A stretch of DNA of 64,000 bases from Eledone cirrhosa (lineage: Eukaryota), in assembly GCA_964016885.1 (NCBI GenBank), contig OZ024759.1, forward strand, positions 1,488,001 through 1,552,000. The letters run 5' to 3'. Positions 44,801-60,179 of this stretch are shown here, in pieces. Position numbers and translations under genes: made by a program. The notes under the pieces were generated by a model. That model saw only the letters and a list, made by a program, of their open reading frames with translations. It ran no database searches and was not told the DNA's origin. Numbering within the stretch: the first letter of the stretch is position 1; the number at the start of each line of letters is the position of its first letter.

Positions 44801-47800
44801 AAGTCTATATTAGTAACATGACACAGTCTATATTAGTAACATGACATAGTCTATATTAGTAACATGACAAAGTCTGTATTAGTAGCATGACACAGTCTAT
44901 ATTAGTAACATGACACAGTCTATATTAGTAACATGACAGTCTATATTAGTAACATGACAAAGTCTATATTAGTAGCATGACAAAGTCTATATTAGTAACA
45001 TGACACAGTCTATATTAGTAACATGACAATCTATATTAGTAACATGACACAGTCTATATTAGTAGCATGACAAAGTCTATATTAGTAACATGACAGTCTA
45101 TATTAGTAACATGACAAAGTCTATATTAGTAGCATGACAAAGTCTATATTAGTAGCATGACACAGTCTATATTAGTAACATGACACAGTCTATATTAGTA
45201 ACATGACACAGTCTATATTAGTAACATGACAAAGTCTATATTAGTAGCATGACAAAGTCTATATTATTAACATGACAAAGTCTATATTAGTAACATGACA
45301 TAGTCTATATTAATAACATGACAAAGTCTATATTAGTAACATGACAAAGTCTATATTAGTAACATGACACAGTCTATATTAGTAATATCACAAAGTCTAT
45401 ATTAGTAACATGACACTGTCTATATTAGTAACTTGACAAAGTCTATATTAGTAACATGCCACAGTCTATATTAGTAACATGACACAGTCTATATTAGTAA
45501 CATGACACAGTTTATATTAGTAACATGACAAAGTCTATATTAGTAACATGACACAGTCTATATTAGTAACATGACAAAGACTCTATTAGTAACATGACAA
45601 AGTCTATATTAGTAACATGACAGTCTATATTAGTAACATGACAAAATCTATATTAGTAACATGACAGTCTATATTAGTAACATGACAAAGTCTATATTAG
45701 TAACATGACAGTCTATATTGTACCATGACACAGTCTATATTAGTAACATGACATAGTCTATATTAGTAACATGACAAAGTCTATATTAGTAACATGACAG
45801 TCTATATTGTAACATGACACAGTCTATATTAGTAACATGACACAGTCTATATTAGTAACATGACAGTCTATATTAGTAACATGACACAGTCTATATTAGT
45901 AACATGACAAAGTCTATATTAGTAACATGACAAAGTCTATATTAGTAACATGACAAAGTCTATATTAGTAGTATGACAAAGTCTATATTAGTAACATGAC
46001 AGTCTATATTAGTAACATGATAAATCTATATTAGTAGCATGACAAAGTCTATATTAGTAGCATGACACAGTCTATATTAGTAACATGACACAGTCTATAT
46101 TAGTAAAATGACACAGTCTATATTAGTAACATGACAAAGTCTATATTAGTAGCATGACAAAGTCTATATTAGTAACATGACAAAGTCTATATTAGTAACA
46201 TGACACAGTCTATATTAGTAACATGACAAAGTCTATATTAGTAACATGACAAAGTCTATATTAGTAACATGACAGTCTATATTAGTAACATGACAAAGTC
46301 TATATTAGTAACATGACAAAGTCTCTATTAGTAACATGACAAAGTCTATATTAGTAACATGACAGTCTATATTAGTAACATGACAAAGTCTCTATTAGTA
46401 ACATGACAAAGTCTATATTAGTAACATGACAGTCTATATTAGTAACATGACAAAGTCTATATTAGTAACATGACAGTCTATATTGTAACATGACACAGTC
46501 TATATTAGTAACATGACACAGTTTATATTAGTAACATGACATAGTCTATATTAGTAACATGACAAAGTCTATATTAGTAACATGACAGTCTATATTGTAA
46601 CATGACACAGTCTATATTAGTAACATGACACAGTCTATATTAGTAACATGACAGTCTATATTAGTAACATGACAAAGTCTATATTAGTAACATGACAAAG
46701 TCTATATTAGTAACATGACAAAGTCTATATTAGTAACATGACAAAGTCTATATTAGTAGCATGACACAGTCTATATTAGTAACATGACAAAGTCTATATT
46801 AGTAACATGACACAGTCTATATTAGTAACATGACAAAGTCTATATTAGTAACATGACAAAGTCTATATTAGTAACATGACACAGTCTATATTAGTAACAT
46901 GACACAGTCTATATTAGTAACATGACACTGTCTATATTAGTAACTTGACAAAGTCTATATTAGTAACATGACACAGTCTATATTAGTAACATGACACAGT
47001 CTATATTAGTAACATGACAAAGTCTATATTAGTAGCATGACAAAGTCTATATTAGTAACATGACAAAGTCTATATTAGTAACATGACACAGTCTATGTTA
47101 GTAACATGACAAAGTCTATATTAGTAACATGACAAAGTCTATATTAGTAACATGACACAGTCTATATTAGTAACATGACAAAGTCTATATTAGTAGCATG
47201 ACAAAGTCTATATTAGTAACATGACACAGTCTATATTAGTAACATGACAAAGTCTATATTAGTAGCATGACAAAGTCTATATTAGTAACATGACAAAGTC
47301 TATATTAGTAACATGACAGTCTATATTGTAACATGACACAGTCTATATTAGTAACATGACACAGTCTATATTAGTAACATGACAGTCTATATTAGTAACA
47401 TGACAAAGTCTATATTAGTAACATGACAAAGTCTATATTAGTAACATGACAAAGTCTATATTAGTAACATGACAAAGTCTATATTAGTAGTATGACAAAG
47501 TCTATATTAGTAACATGACAGTCTATATTAGTAACATGACAAAGTCTATATTAGTAACATGACAGTCTATATTGTAACATGACACAGTCTATATTAGTAA
47601 CATGACACAGTCTATATTAGTAACATGACAGTCTATATTAGTAACATGACACAGTCTATATTAGTAACATGACAAAGTCTATATTAGTAACATGACAAAG
47701 TCTATATTAGTAACATGACAAAGTCTATATTAGTAGTATGACAAAGTCTATATTAGTAACATGACAGTCTATATTAGTAACATGATAAATCTATATTAGT

Positions 47801-50800
47801 AGCATGACAAAGTCTATATTAGTAGCATGACACAGTCTATATTAGTAACATGACACAGTCTATATTAGTAAAATGACACAGTCTATATTAGTAACATGAC
47901 AAAGTCTATATTAGTAGCATGACAAAGTCTATATTAGTAACATGACAAAGTCTATATTAGTAACATGACACAGTCTATATTAGTAACATGACAAAGTCTA
48001 TATTAGTAACATGACAAAGTCTATATTAGTAACATGACAGTCTATATTAGTAACATGACAAAGTCTATATTAGTAACATGACAAAGTCTCTATTAGTAAC
48101 ATGACAAAGTCTATATTAGTAACATGACAGTCTATATTAGTAACATGACAAAGTCTCTATTAGTAACATGACAAAGTCTATATTAGTAACATGACAGTCT
48201 ATATTAGTAACATGACAAAGTCTATATTAGTAACATGACAGTCTATATTGTAACATGACACAGTCTATATTAGTAACATGACACAGTTTATATTAGTAAC
48301 ATGACATAGTCTATATTAGTAACATGACAAAGTCTATATTAGTAACATGACACAGTCTATATTGTAACATGACACAGTCTATATTAGTAACATGACACAG
48401 TCTATATTAGTAACATGACAGTCTATATTAGTAGCATGACAAAGTCTATATTAGTAACATGACAAAGTCTATATTAGTAATATGACACAGTCTATATTAG
48501 TAACATGACAAAGTCTATATTAGTAACATGACAGTCTATATTAGTAACATGACAAAGTCTATATTAGTAACATGACAAAGTCTCTATTAGTAACATGACA
48601 AAGTCTATATTAGTAACATGACAGTCTATATTAGTAACATGACAAAGTCTCTATTAGTAACATGACAAAGTCTATATTAGTAACATGACAGTCTATATTA
48701 GTAACATGACAAAGTCTATATTAGTAACATGACAGTCTATATTGTAACATGACACAGTCTATATTAGTAACATGACACAGTTTATATTAGTAACATGACA
48801 TAGTCTATATTAGTAACATGACAAAGTCTATATTAGTAACATAACAGTCTATATTGTAACATGACACAGTCTATATTAGTAACATGACACAGTCTATATT
48901 AGTAACATGACAGTCTATATTAGTAACATGACAAAGTCTATATTAGTAACATGACAAAGTCTATATTAGTAACATGACAAAGTCTATATTAGTAACATGA
49001 CAAAGTCTATATTAGTAGCATGACACAGTCTATATTAGTAACATGACAAAGTCTATATTAGTAACATGACACAGTCTATATTAGTAACATGACAAAGTCT
49101 ATATTAGTAACATGACAAAGTCTATATTAGTAACATGACACAGTCTATATTAGTAACATGACACAGTCTATATTAGTAACATGACACTGTCTATATTAGT
49201 AACTTGACAAAGTCTATATTAGTAACATGACACAGTCTATATTAGTAACATGACACAGTCTATATTAGTAACATGACAAAGTCTATATTAGTAGCATGAC
49301 AAAGTCTATATTAGTAACATGACAAAGTCTATATTAGTAACATGACAGTCTATATTGTAACATGACACAGTCTATATTAGTAACATGACACAGTTTATAT
49401 TAGTAACATGACATAGTCTATATTATTAACATGACAAAGTCTATATTAGTAACATGACAGTCTATATTGTAACATGACACAGTCTATATTAGTAACATGA
49501 CACAGTCTATATTAGTAACATGACAGTCTATATTAGTAACATGACAAAGTCTATATTAGTAACATGACAAAGTCTATATTAGTAACATGACAAAGTCTAT
49601 ATTAGTAACATGACAAAGTCTATATTAGTAGCATGACACAGTCTATATTAGTAACATGACAAAGTCTATATTAGTAACATGACACAGTCTATATTAGTAA
49701 CATGACAAAGTCTATATTAGTAACATGACAAAGTCTATATTAGTAACATGACACAGTCTATATTAGTAACATGACACAGTCTATATTAGTAACATGACAC
49801 TGTCTATATTAGTAACTTGACAAAGTCTATATTAGTAACATGACACAGTCTATATTAGTAACATGACACAGTCTATATTAGTAACATGACAAAGTCTATA
49901 TTAGTAGCATGACAAAGTCTATATTAGTAACATGACAAAGTCTATATTAGTAACATGACACAGTCTATGTTAGTAACATGACAAAGTCTATATTAGTAAC
50001 ATGACAAAGTCTATATTAGTAACATGACACAGTCTATATTAGTAACATGACAAAGTCTATATTAGTAGCATGACAAAGTCTATATTAGTAACATGACACA
50101 GTCTATATTAGTAACATGACAAAGTCTATATTAGTAGCATGACAAAGTCTATATTAGTAACATGACAAAGTCTATATTAGTAACATGACAGTCTATATTG
50201 TAACATGACACAGTCTATATTAGTAACATGACACAGTCTATATTAGTAACATGACAGTCTATATTAGTAACATGACAAAGTCTATATTAGTAACATGACA
50301 AAGTCTATATTAGTAACATGACAAAGTCTATATTAGTAACATGACAAAGTCTATATTAGTAGTATGACAAAGTCTATATTAGTAACATGACAGTCTATAT
50401 TAGTAACATGACAAAGTCTATATTAGTAACATGACAGTCTATATTGTAACATGACACAGTCTATATTAGTAACATGACACAGTCTATATTAGTAACATGA
50501 CAGTCTATATTAGTAACATGACACAGTCTATATTAGTAACATGACAAAGTCTATATTAGTAACATGACAAAGTCTATATTAGTAACATGACAAAGTCTAT
50601 ATTAGTAGTATGACAAAGTCTATATTAGTAACATGACAGTCTATATTAGTAACATGATAAATCTATATTAGTAGCATGACAAAGTCTATATTAGTAGCAT
50701 GACACAGTCTATATTAGTAACATGACACAGTCTATATTAGTAAAATGACACAGTCTATATTAGTAACATGACAAAGTTTATATTAGTAGCATGACAAAGT

Positions 50801-53800
50801 CTATATTAGTAACATGACAAAGTCTATATTAGTAACATGACACAGTCTATATTAGTAACATGACAAAGTCTATATTAGTAACATGACAAAGTCTATATTA
50901 GTAACATGACAGTCTATATTAGTAACATGACAAAGTCTATATTAGTAACATGACAAAGTCTCTATTAGTAACATGACAAAGTCTATATTAGTAACATGAC
51001 AGTCTATATTAGTAACATGACAAAGTCTCTATTAGTAACATGACAAAGTCTATATTAGTAACATGACAGTCTATATTAGTAACATGACAAAGTCTATATT
51101 AGTAACATGACAGTCTATATTGTAACATGACACAGTCTATATTAGTAACATGACACAGTTTATATTAGTAACATGACATAGTCTATATTAGTAACATGAC
51201 AAAGTCTATATTAGTAACATGACACAGTCTATATTGTAACATGACACAGTCTATATTAGTAACATGACACAGTCTATATTAGTAACATGACAGTCTATAT
51301 TAGTAACATGACAAAGTCTATATTAGTAACATGACAAAGTCTATATTAGTAACATGACAAAGTCTATATATCAGTAACATGACAAAGTCTATATTAGTAG
51401 CATGACACAGTCTATATTAGTAACATGACAAAGTCTATATTAGTAACATGACACAGTCTATATTAGTAACATGACAAAGTCTATATTAGTAACATGACAA
51501 AGTCTATATTAGTAACATGACAGTCTATATTAGTAACATGACAAAGTCTATATTAGTAACATGACACTGTCTATATTAGTAACTTGACAAAGTCTATATT
51601 AGTAACATGACACAGTCTATATTAGTAACATGACACAGTCTATATTAGTAACATGACAAAGTCTATATTAGTAGCATGACAAAGTCTATATTAGTAACAT
51701 GACAAAGTCTATATTAGTAACATGACACAGTCTATGTTAGTAACATGACAAAGTCTATATTAGTAACATGACAAAGTCTATATTAGTAACATGACACAGT
51801 CTATATTAGTAACATGACAAAGTCTATATTAGTAGCATGACAAAGTCTATATTAGTAACATGACACAGTCTATATTAGTAACATGACAAAGTCTATATTA
51901 GTAGCATGACAAAGTCTATATTAGTAACATGACAAAGTCTATATTAGTAACATGACAGTCTATATTGTAACATGACACAGTCTATATTAGTAACATGACA
52001 CAGTCTATATTAGTAACATGACAGTCTATATTAGTAACATGACAAAGTCTATATTAGTAACATGACAAAGTCTATATTAGTAACATGACAAAGTCTATAT
52101 TAGTAACATGACAAAGTCTATATTAGTAGTATGACAAAGTCTATATTAGTAACATGACAGTCTATATTAGTAACATGATAAATCTATATTAGTAGCATGA
52201 CAAAGTCTATATTAGTAGCATGACACAGTCTATATTAGTAACATGACACAGTCTATATTAGTAACATGACACAGTCTATATTAGTAACATGACAAAGTCT
52301 ATATTAGTAGCATGACAAAGTCTATATTAGTAACATGACAAAGTCTATATTAGTAATATGACACAGTCTATATTAGTAACATGACAAAGTCTATATTAGT
52401 AACATGACAGTCTATATTAGTAACATGACAAAGTCTATATTAGTAACATGACAAAGTCTCTATTAGTAACATGACAAAGTCTATATTAGTAACATGACAG
52501 TCTATATTAGTAACATGACAAAGTCTCTATTAGTAACATGACAAAGTCTATATTAGTAACATGACAGTCTATATTAGTAACATGACAAAGTCTATATTAG
52601 TAACATGACAGTCTATATTGTAACATGACACAGTCTATATTAGTAACATGACACAGTTTATATTAGTAACATGACATAGTCTATATTAGTAACATGACAA
52701 AGTCTATATTAGTAACATGACAGTCTATATTGTAACATGACACAGTCTATATTAGTAACATGACACAGTCTATATTAGTAACATGACAGTCTATATTAGT
52801 AACATGACAAAGTCTATATTAGTAACATGACAAAGTCTATATTAGTAACATGACAAAGTCTATATTAGTAACATGACAAAGTCTATATTAGTAGCATGAC
52901 ACAGTCTATATTAGTAACATGACAAAGTCTATATTAGTAACATGACACAGTCTATATTAGTAACATGACAAAGTCTATATTAGTAACATGACAAAGTCTA
53001 TATTAGTAACATGACACAGTCTATATTAGTAACATGACACAGTCTATATTAGTAACATGACACTGTCTATATTAGTAACTTGACAAAGTCTATATTAGTA
53101 ACATGACACAGTCTATATTAGTAACATGACACAGTCTATATTAGTAACATGACAAAGTCTATATTAGTAGCATGACAAAGTCTATATTAGTAACATGACA
53201 AAGTCTATATTAGTAACATGACACAGTCTATGTTAGTAACATGACAAAGTCTATATTAGTAACATGACAAAGTCTATATTAGTAACATGACACAGTCTAT
53301 ATTAGTAACATGACAAAGTCTATATTAGTAGCATGACAAAGTCTATATTAGTAACATGACACAGTCTATATTAGTAACATGACAAAGTCTATATTAGTAG
53401 CATGACAAAGTCTATATTAGTAACATGACAAAGTCTATATTAGTAACATGACAGTCTATATTGTAACATGACACAGTCTATATTAGTAACATGACAGTCT
53501 ATATTAGTAACATGACAAAGTCTATATTAGTAACATGACAAAGTCTATATTAGTAACATGACAAAGTCTATATTAGTAACATGACAAAGTCTATATTAGT
53601 AGCATGACACAGTCTATATTAGTAACATGACAAAGTCTATATTAGTAACATGACACAGTCTATATTAGTAACATGACAAAGTCTATATTAGTAACATGAC
53701 AAAGTCTATATTAGTAGCATGACACAGTCTATATTAGTAACATGACAAAGTCTATATTAGTAACATGACACAGTCTATATTAGTAACATGACAAAGTCTA

Positions 53801-56530
53801 TATTAGTAACATGACACAGTCTATATTAGTAACATGACAAAGTCTATATTAGTAACATGACACAGTCTATATTAGTAACATGACATAGTCTATATTAGTA
53901 ACATGACAAAGTCTATATTAGTAGCATGACACAGTCTATATTAGTAACATGACACAGTCTATATTAGTAACATGACAAAGTCTATATTAGTAACATGACA
54001 CAGTCTATATTAGTAACATGACAAAGTCTATATTAGTAACATGACAAAGTCTATATTAGTAGCATGACACAGTCTATATTAGTAACATGACAAAGTCTAT
54101 ATTAGTAACATGACACAGTCTATATTAGTAACATGACAAAGTCTATATTAGTAACATGACACAGTCTATATTAGTAACATGACAAAGTCTATATTAGTAA
54201 CATGACACAGTCTATATTAGTAACATGACAAAGTCTATATTAGTAACATGACAAAGTCTATATTAGTAACATGACACAGTCTATATTAGTAACATGACAA
54301 AGTCTATATTAGTAACATGACACAGTCTATATTAGTAACATGACAAAGTCTATATTAGTAACATGACACAGTCTATATTAGTAACATGACAGTCTATATT
54401 ATTAACATGACAAAGTCTATATTAGTAACATGACAAAGTCTATATTAGTAACATGACAAAGTCTATATTAGTAACATGACAAAGTCTATATTAGTAGCAT
54501 GACACAGTCTATATTAGTAACATGACAAAGTCTATATTAGTAACATGACACAGTCTATATTAGTAACATGACAAAGTCTATATTAGTAACATGACACAGT
54601 CTATATTAGTAACATGACATAGTCTATATTAGTAACATGACAAAGTCTGTATTAGTAGCATGACACAGTCTATATTAGTAACATGACACAGTCTATATTA
54701 GTAACATGACAGTCTATATTAGTAACATGACAAAGTCTATATTAGTAGCATGACAAAGTCTATATTAGTAACATGACACAGTCTATATTAGTAACATGAC
54801 AATCTATATTAGTAACATGACACAGTCTATATTAGTAGCATGACAAAGTCTATATTAGTAACATGACAGTCTATATTAGTAACATGACAAAGTCTATATT
54901 AGTAGCATGACAAAGTCTATATTAGTAGCATGACACAGTCTATATTAGTAACATGACACAGTCTATATTAGTAACATGACACAGTCTATATTAGTAACAT
55001 GACAAAGTCTATATTAGTAGCATGACAAAGTCTATATTATTAACATGACAAAGTCTATATTAGTAACATGACACAGTCTATATTAATAACATGACAAAGT
55101 CTATATTAGTAACATGACAAAGTCTATATTAGTAACATGACACAGTCTATATTAGTAATATCACAAAGTCTATATTAGTAACATGACACTGTCTATATTA
55201 GTAACTTGACAAAGTCTATATTAGTAACATGCCACAGTCTATATTAGTAACATGACACAGTCTATATTAGTAACATGACACAGTTTATATTAGTAACATG
55301 ACAAAGTCTATATTAGTAACATGACACAGTCTATATTAGTAACATGACAAAGACTCTATTAGTAACATGACAAAGTCTATATTAGTAACATGACAGTCTA
55401 TATTAGTAACATGACAAAATCTATATTAGTAACATGACAGTCTATATTAGTAACATGACAAAGTCTATATTAGTAACATGACAGTCTATATTGTACCATG
55501 ACACAGTCTATATTAGTAACATGACATAGTCTATATTAGTAACATGACAAAGTCTATATTAGTAACATGACAGTCTATATTGTAACATGACACAGTCTAT
55601 ATTAGTAACATGACACAGTCTATATTAATAACATGACAGTCTATATTAGTAACATGACACAGTCTATATTAGTAACATGACAAAGTCTATATTAGTAACA
55701 TGACAAAGTCTATATTAGTAACATGACAAAGTCTATATTAGTAGTATGACAAAGTCTATATTAGTAACATGACAGTCTATATTAGTAACATGATAAATCT
55801 ATATTAGTAGCATGACAAAGTCTATATTAGTAGCATGACACAGTCTATATTAGTAACATGACACAGTCTATATTAGTAAAATGACACAGTCTATATTAGT
55901 AACATGACAAAGTCTATATTAGTAGCATGACAAAGTCTATATTAGTAACATGACAAAGTCTATATTAGTAACATGACACAGTCTATATTAGTAACATGAC
56001 AAAGTCTATATTAGTAACATGACAAAGTCTATATTAGTAACATGACAGTCTATATTAGTAACATGACAAAGTCTATATTAGTAACATGACAAAGTCTCTA
56101 TTAGTAACATGACAAAGTCTATATTAGTAACATGACAGTCTATATTAGTAACATGACAAAGTCTCTATTAGTAACATGACAAAGTCTATATTAGTAACAT
56201 GACAGTCTATATTAGTAACATGACAAAGTCTATATTAGTAACATGACAGTCTATATTGTAACATGACACAGTCTATATTAGTAACATGACACAGTTTATA
56301 TTAGTAACATGACATAGTCTATATTAGTAACATGACAAAGTCTATATTAGTAACATGACAGTCTATATTGTAACATGACACAGTCTATATTAGTAACATG
56401 ACACAGTCTATATTAGTAACATGACAGTCTATATTAGTAACATGACAAAGTCTATATTAGTAACATGACAAAGTCTATATTAGTAACATGACAAAGTCTA
56501 TATTAGTAACATGACAAAGTCTATATTAGT
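32870..56530. repeat. Dispersed copies of a multi-kb variant cassette (AATATCAC...TTGTACC...GATAAATC) at ~33.6, 41.7, 45.4 and 55.2 kb
   Basis: AATATCAC 33636/41702/45386/55159; TTGTACC 33970/42036/45720/55493; GATAAATC 34271/42337/46021/55794. All three markers give offsets 8066, 3684 and 9773. Outer boundaries approximate. Confidence 0.88.
35615..37731. repeat. Apparently exact tandem duplication, period 1080 bp (35615-36651 matches 36695-37731)
   Basis: 1080 is 18 printed lines, so lines 35641-36541 can be compared directly with lines 36721-37621 and read the same. GATAAATC marker at 36038/37118. Confidence 0.92.
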
Positions 56531-59500
56531 AGCATGACAGTCTATATTAGTAACATGACAAAGTCTATATTAGTAACATGACACAGTCTATATTAGTAAC
56601 ATGACAAAGTCTATATTAGTAACATGACAGTCTATATTAGTAACATGACAAAGTCTATATTAGTAACATGACAAGGTCTATATTAGTAACATGACAAAGT
56701 CTATATTAGTAACATGACAAAGTCTCTATTAGTAACATGACAAAGTCTATATTAGTAACATGACAGTCTATATTAGTAACATGACAAAGTCTCTATTAGT
56801 AACATGACAAAGTCTATATTAGTAACATGACAGTCTATATTAGTAACATGACAAAGTCTATATTAGTAACATGACAGTCTATATTGTAACATGACACAGT
56901 CTATATTAGTAACATGACACAGTTTATATTAGTAACATGACATAGTCTATATTAGTAACATGACAAAGTCTATATTAGTAACATGACAGTCTATATTGTA
57001 ACATGACACAGTCTATATTAGTAACATGACACAGTCTATATTAGTAACATGACAGTCTATATTAGTAACATGACAAAGTCTATATTAGTAACATGACAAA
57101 GTCTATATTAGTAACATGACAAAGTCTATATTAGTAACATGACAAAGTCTATATTAGTAGCATGACACAGTCTATATTAGTAACATGACAAAGTCTATAT
57201 TAGTAACATGACACAGTCTATATTAGTAACATGACAAAGTCTATATTAGTAACATGACAAAGTCTATATTAGTAACATGACACAGTCTATATTAGTAACA
57301 TGACACAGTCTATATTAGTAACATGACACTGTCTATATTAGTAACTTGACAAAGTCTATATTAGTAACATGACACAGTCTATATTAGTAACATGACACAG
57401 TCTATATTAGTAACATGACAAAGTCTATATTAGTAGCATGACAAAGTCTATATTAGTAACATGACAAAGTCTATATTAGTAACATGACAGTCTATATTGT
57501 AGTAACATGACAAAGTCTATATTAGTAACATGACAAAGTCTATATTAGTAACATGACACAGTCTATATTAGTAACATGACAAAGTCTATATTAGTAGCAT
57601 GACAAAGTCTATATTAGTAACATGACACAGTCTATATTAGTAACATGACAAAGTCTATATTAGTAGCATGACAAAGTCTATATTAGTAACATGACAAAGT
57701 CTATATTAGTAACATGACAGTCTATATTGTAACATGACACAGTCTATATTAGTAACATGACACAGTCTATATTAGTAACATGACAGTCTATATTAGTAAC
57801 ATGACAAAGTCTATATTAGTAACATGACAAAGTCTATATTAGTAACATGACAAAGTCTATATTAGTAACATGACAAAGTCTATATTAGTAGTATGACAAA
57901 GTCTATATTAGTAACATGACAGTCTATATTAGTAACATGACAAAGTCTATATTAGTAACATGACAGTCTATATTGTAACATGACACAGTCTATATTAGTA
58001 ACATGACACAGTCTATATTAGTAACATGACAGTCTATATTAGTAACATGACACAGTCTATATTAGTAACATGACAAAGTCTATATTAGTAACATGACAAA
58101 GTCTATATTAGTAACATGACAAAGTCTATATTAGTAGTATGACAAAGTCTATATTAGTAACATGACAGTCTATATTAGTAACATGATAAATCTATATTAG
58201 TAGCATGACAAAGTCTATATTAGTAGCATGACACAGTCTATATTAGTAACATGACACAGTCTATATTAGTAAAATGACACAGTCTATATTAGTAACATGA
58301 CAAAGTCTATATTAGTAGCATGACAAAGTCTATATTAGTAACATGACAAAGTCTATATTAGTAACATGACACAGTCTATATTAGTAACATGACAAAGTCT
58401 ATATTAGTAACATGACAAAGTCTATATTAGTAACATGACAGTCTATATTAGTAACATGACAAAGTCTATATTAATAACATGACAAAGTCTCTATTAGTAA
58501 CATGACAAAGTCTATATTAGTAACATGACAGTCTATATTAGTAACATGACAAAGTCTCTATTAGTAACATGACAAAGTCTATATTAGTAACATGACAGTC
58601 TATATTAGTAACATGACAAAGTCTATATTAGTAACATGACAGACTATATTGTAACATGACACAGTCTATATTAGTAACATGACACAGTTTATATTAGTAA
58701 CATGACATAGTCTATATTAGTAACATGACAAAGTCTATATTAGTAACATGACACAGTCTATATTGTAACATGACACAGTCTATATTAGTAACATGACACA
58801 GTCTATATTAGTAACATGACAGTCTATATTAGTAACATGACAAAGTCTATATTAGTAACATGACAAAGTCTATATTAGTAACATGACAAAGTCTATATTA
58901 GTAACATGACAAAGTCTATATTAGTAGCATGACACAGTCTATATTAGTAACATGACAAAGTCTATATTAGTAACATGACACAGTCTATATTAGTAACATG
59001 ACAAAGTCTATATTAGTAACATGACAAAGTCTATATTAGTAACATGACACAGTCTATATTAGTAACATGACAAAGTCTATATTAGTAACATGACACTGTC
59101 TATATTAGTAACTTGACAAAGTCTATATTAGTAACATGACACAGTCTATATTAGTAACATGACACAGTCTATATTAGTAACATGACAAAGTCTATATTAG
59201 TAGCATGACAAAGTCTATATTAGTAACATGACAAAGTCTATATTAGTAACATGACACAGTCTATGTTAGTAACATGACAAAGTCTATATTAGTAACATGA
59301 CAAAGTCTATATTAGTAACATGACACAGTCTATATTAGTAACATGACAAAGTCTATATTAGTAGCATGACAAAGTCTATATTAGTAACATGACACAGTCT
59401 ATATTAGTAACATGACAAAGTCTATATTAGTAGCATGACAAAGTCTATATTAGTAACATGACAAAGTCTATATTAGTAACATGACAGTCTATATTGTAAC

Positions 59501-60179
59501 ATGACACAGTCTATATTAGTAACATGACACAGTCTATATTAGTAACATGACAGTCTATATTAGTAACATGACAAAGTCTATATTAGTAACATGACAAAGT
59601 CTATATTAGTAACATGACAAAGTCTATATTAGTAACATGACAAAGTCTATATTAGTAGTATGACAAAGTCTATATTAGTAACATGACAGTCTATATTAGT
59701 AACATGATAAATCTATATTAGTAGCATGACAAAGTCTATATTAGTAGCATGACACAGTCTATATTAGTAACATGACACAGTCTATATTAGTAACATGACA
59801 CAGTCTATATTAGTAACATGACAAAGTCTATATTAGTAGCATGACAAAGTCTATATTAGTAACATGACAAAGTCTATATTAGTAACATGACACAGTCTAT
59901 ATTAGTAACATGACAAAGTCTATATTAGTAACATGACAGTCTATATTAGTAACATGACAAAGTCTATATTAGTAACATGACAAAGTCTCTATTAGTAACA
60001 TGACAAAGTCTATATTAGTAACATGACAGTCTATATTAGTAACATGACAAAGTCTCTATTAGTAACATGACAAAGTCTATATTAGTAACATGACAGTCTA
60101 TATTAGTAACATGACAAAGTCTATATTAGTAACATGACAGTCTATATTGTAACATGACACAGTCTATATTAGTAACATG

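Noticed and set aside
23485-46021. Near-identical offsets 3685 (23-29 kb) and 3684 (41-46 kb) as one conserved HOR period
   Set aside because: The two duplicated units differ in internal composition and marker sets (one includes a 1094-bp internal duplication), so the similar length appears coincidental.
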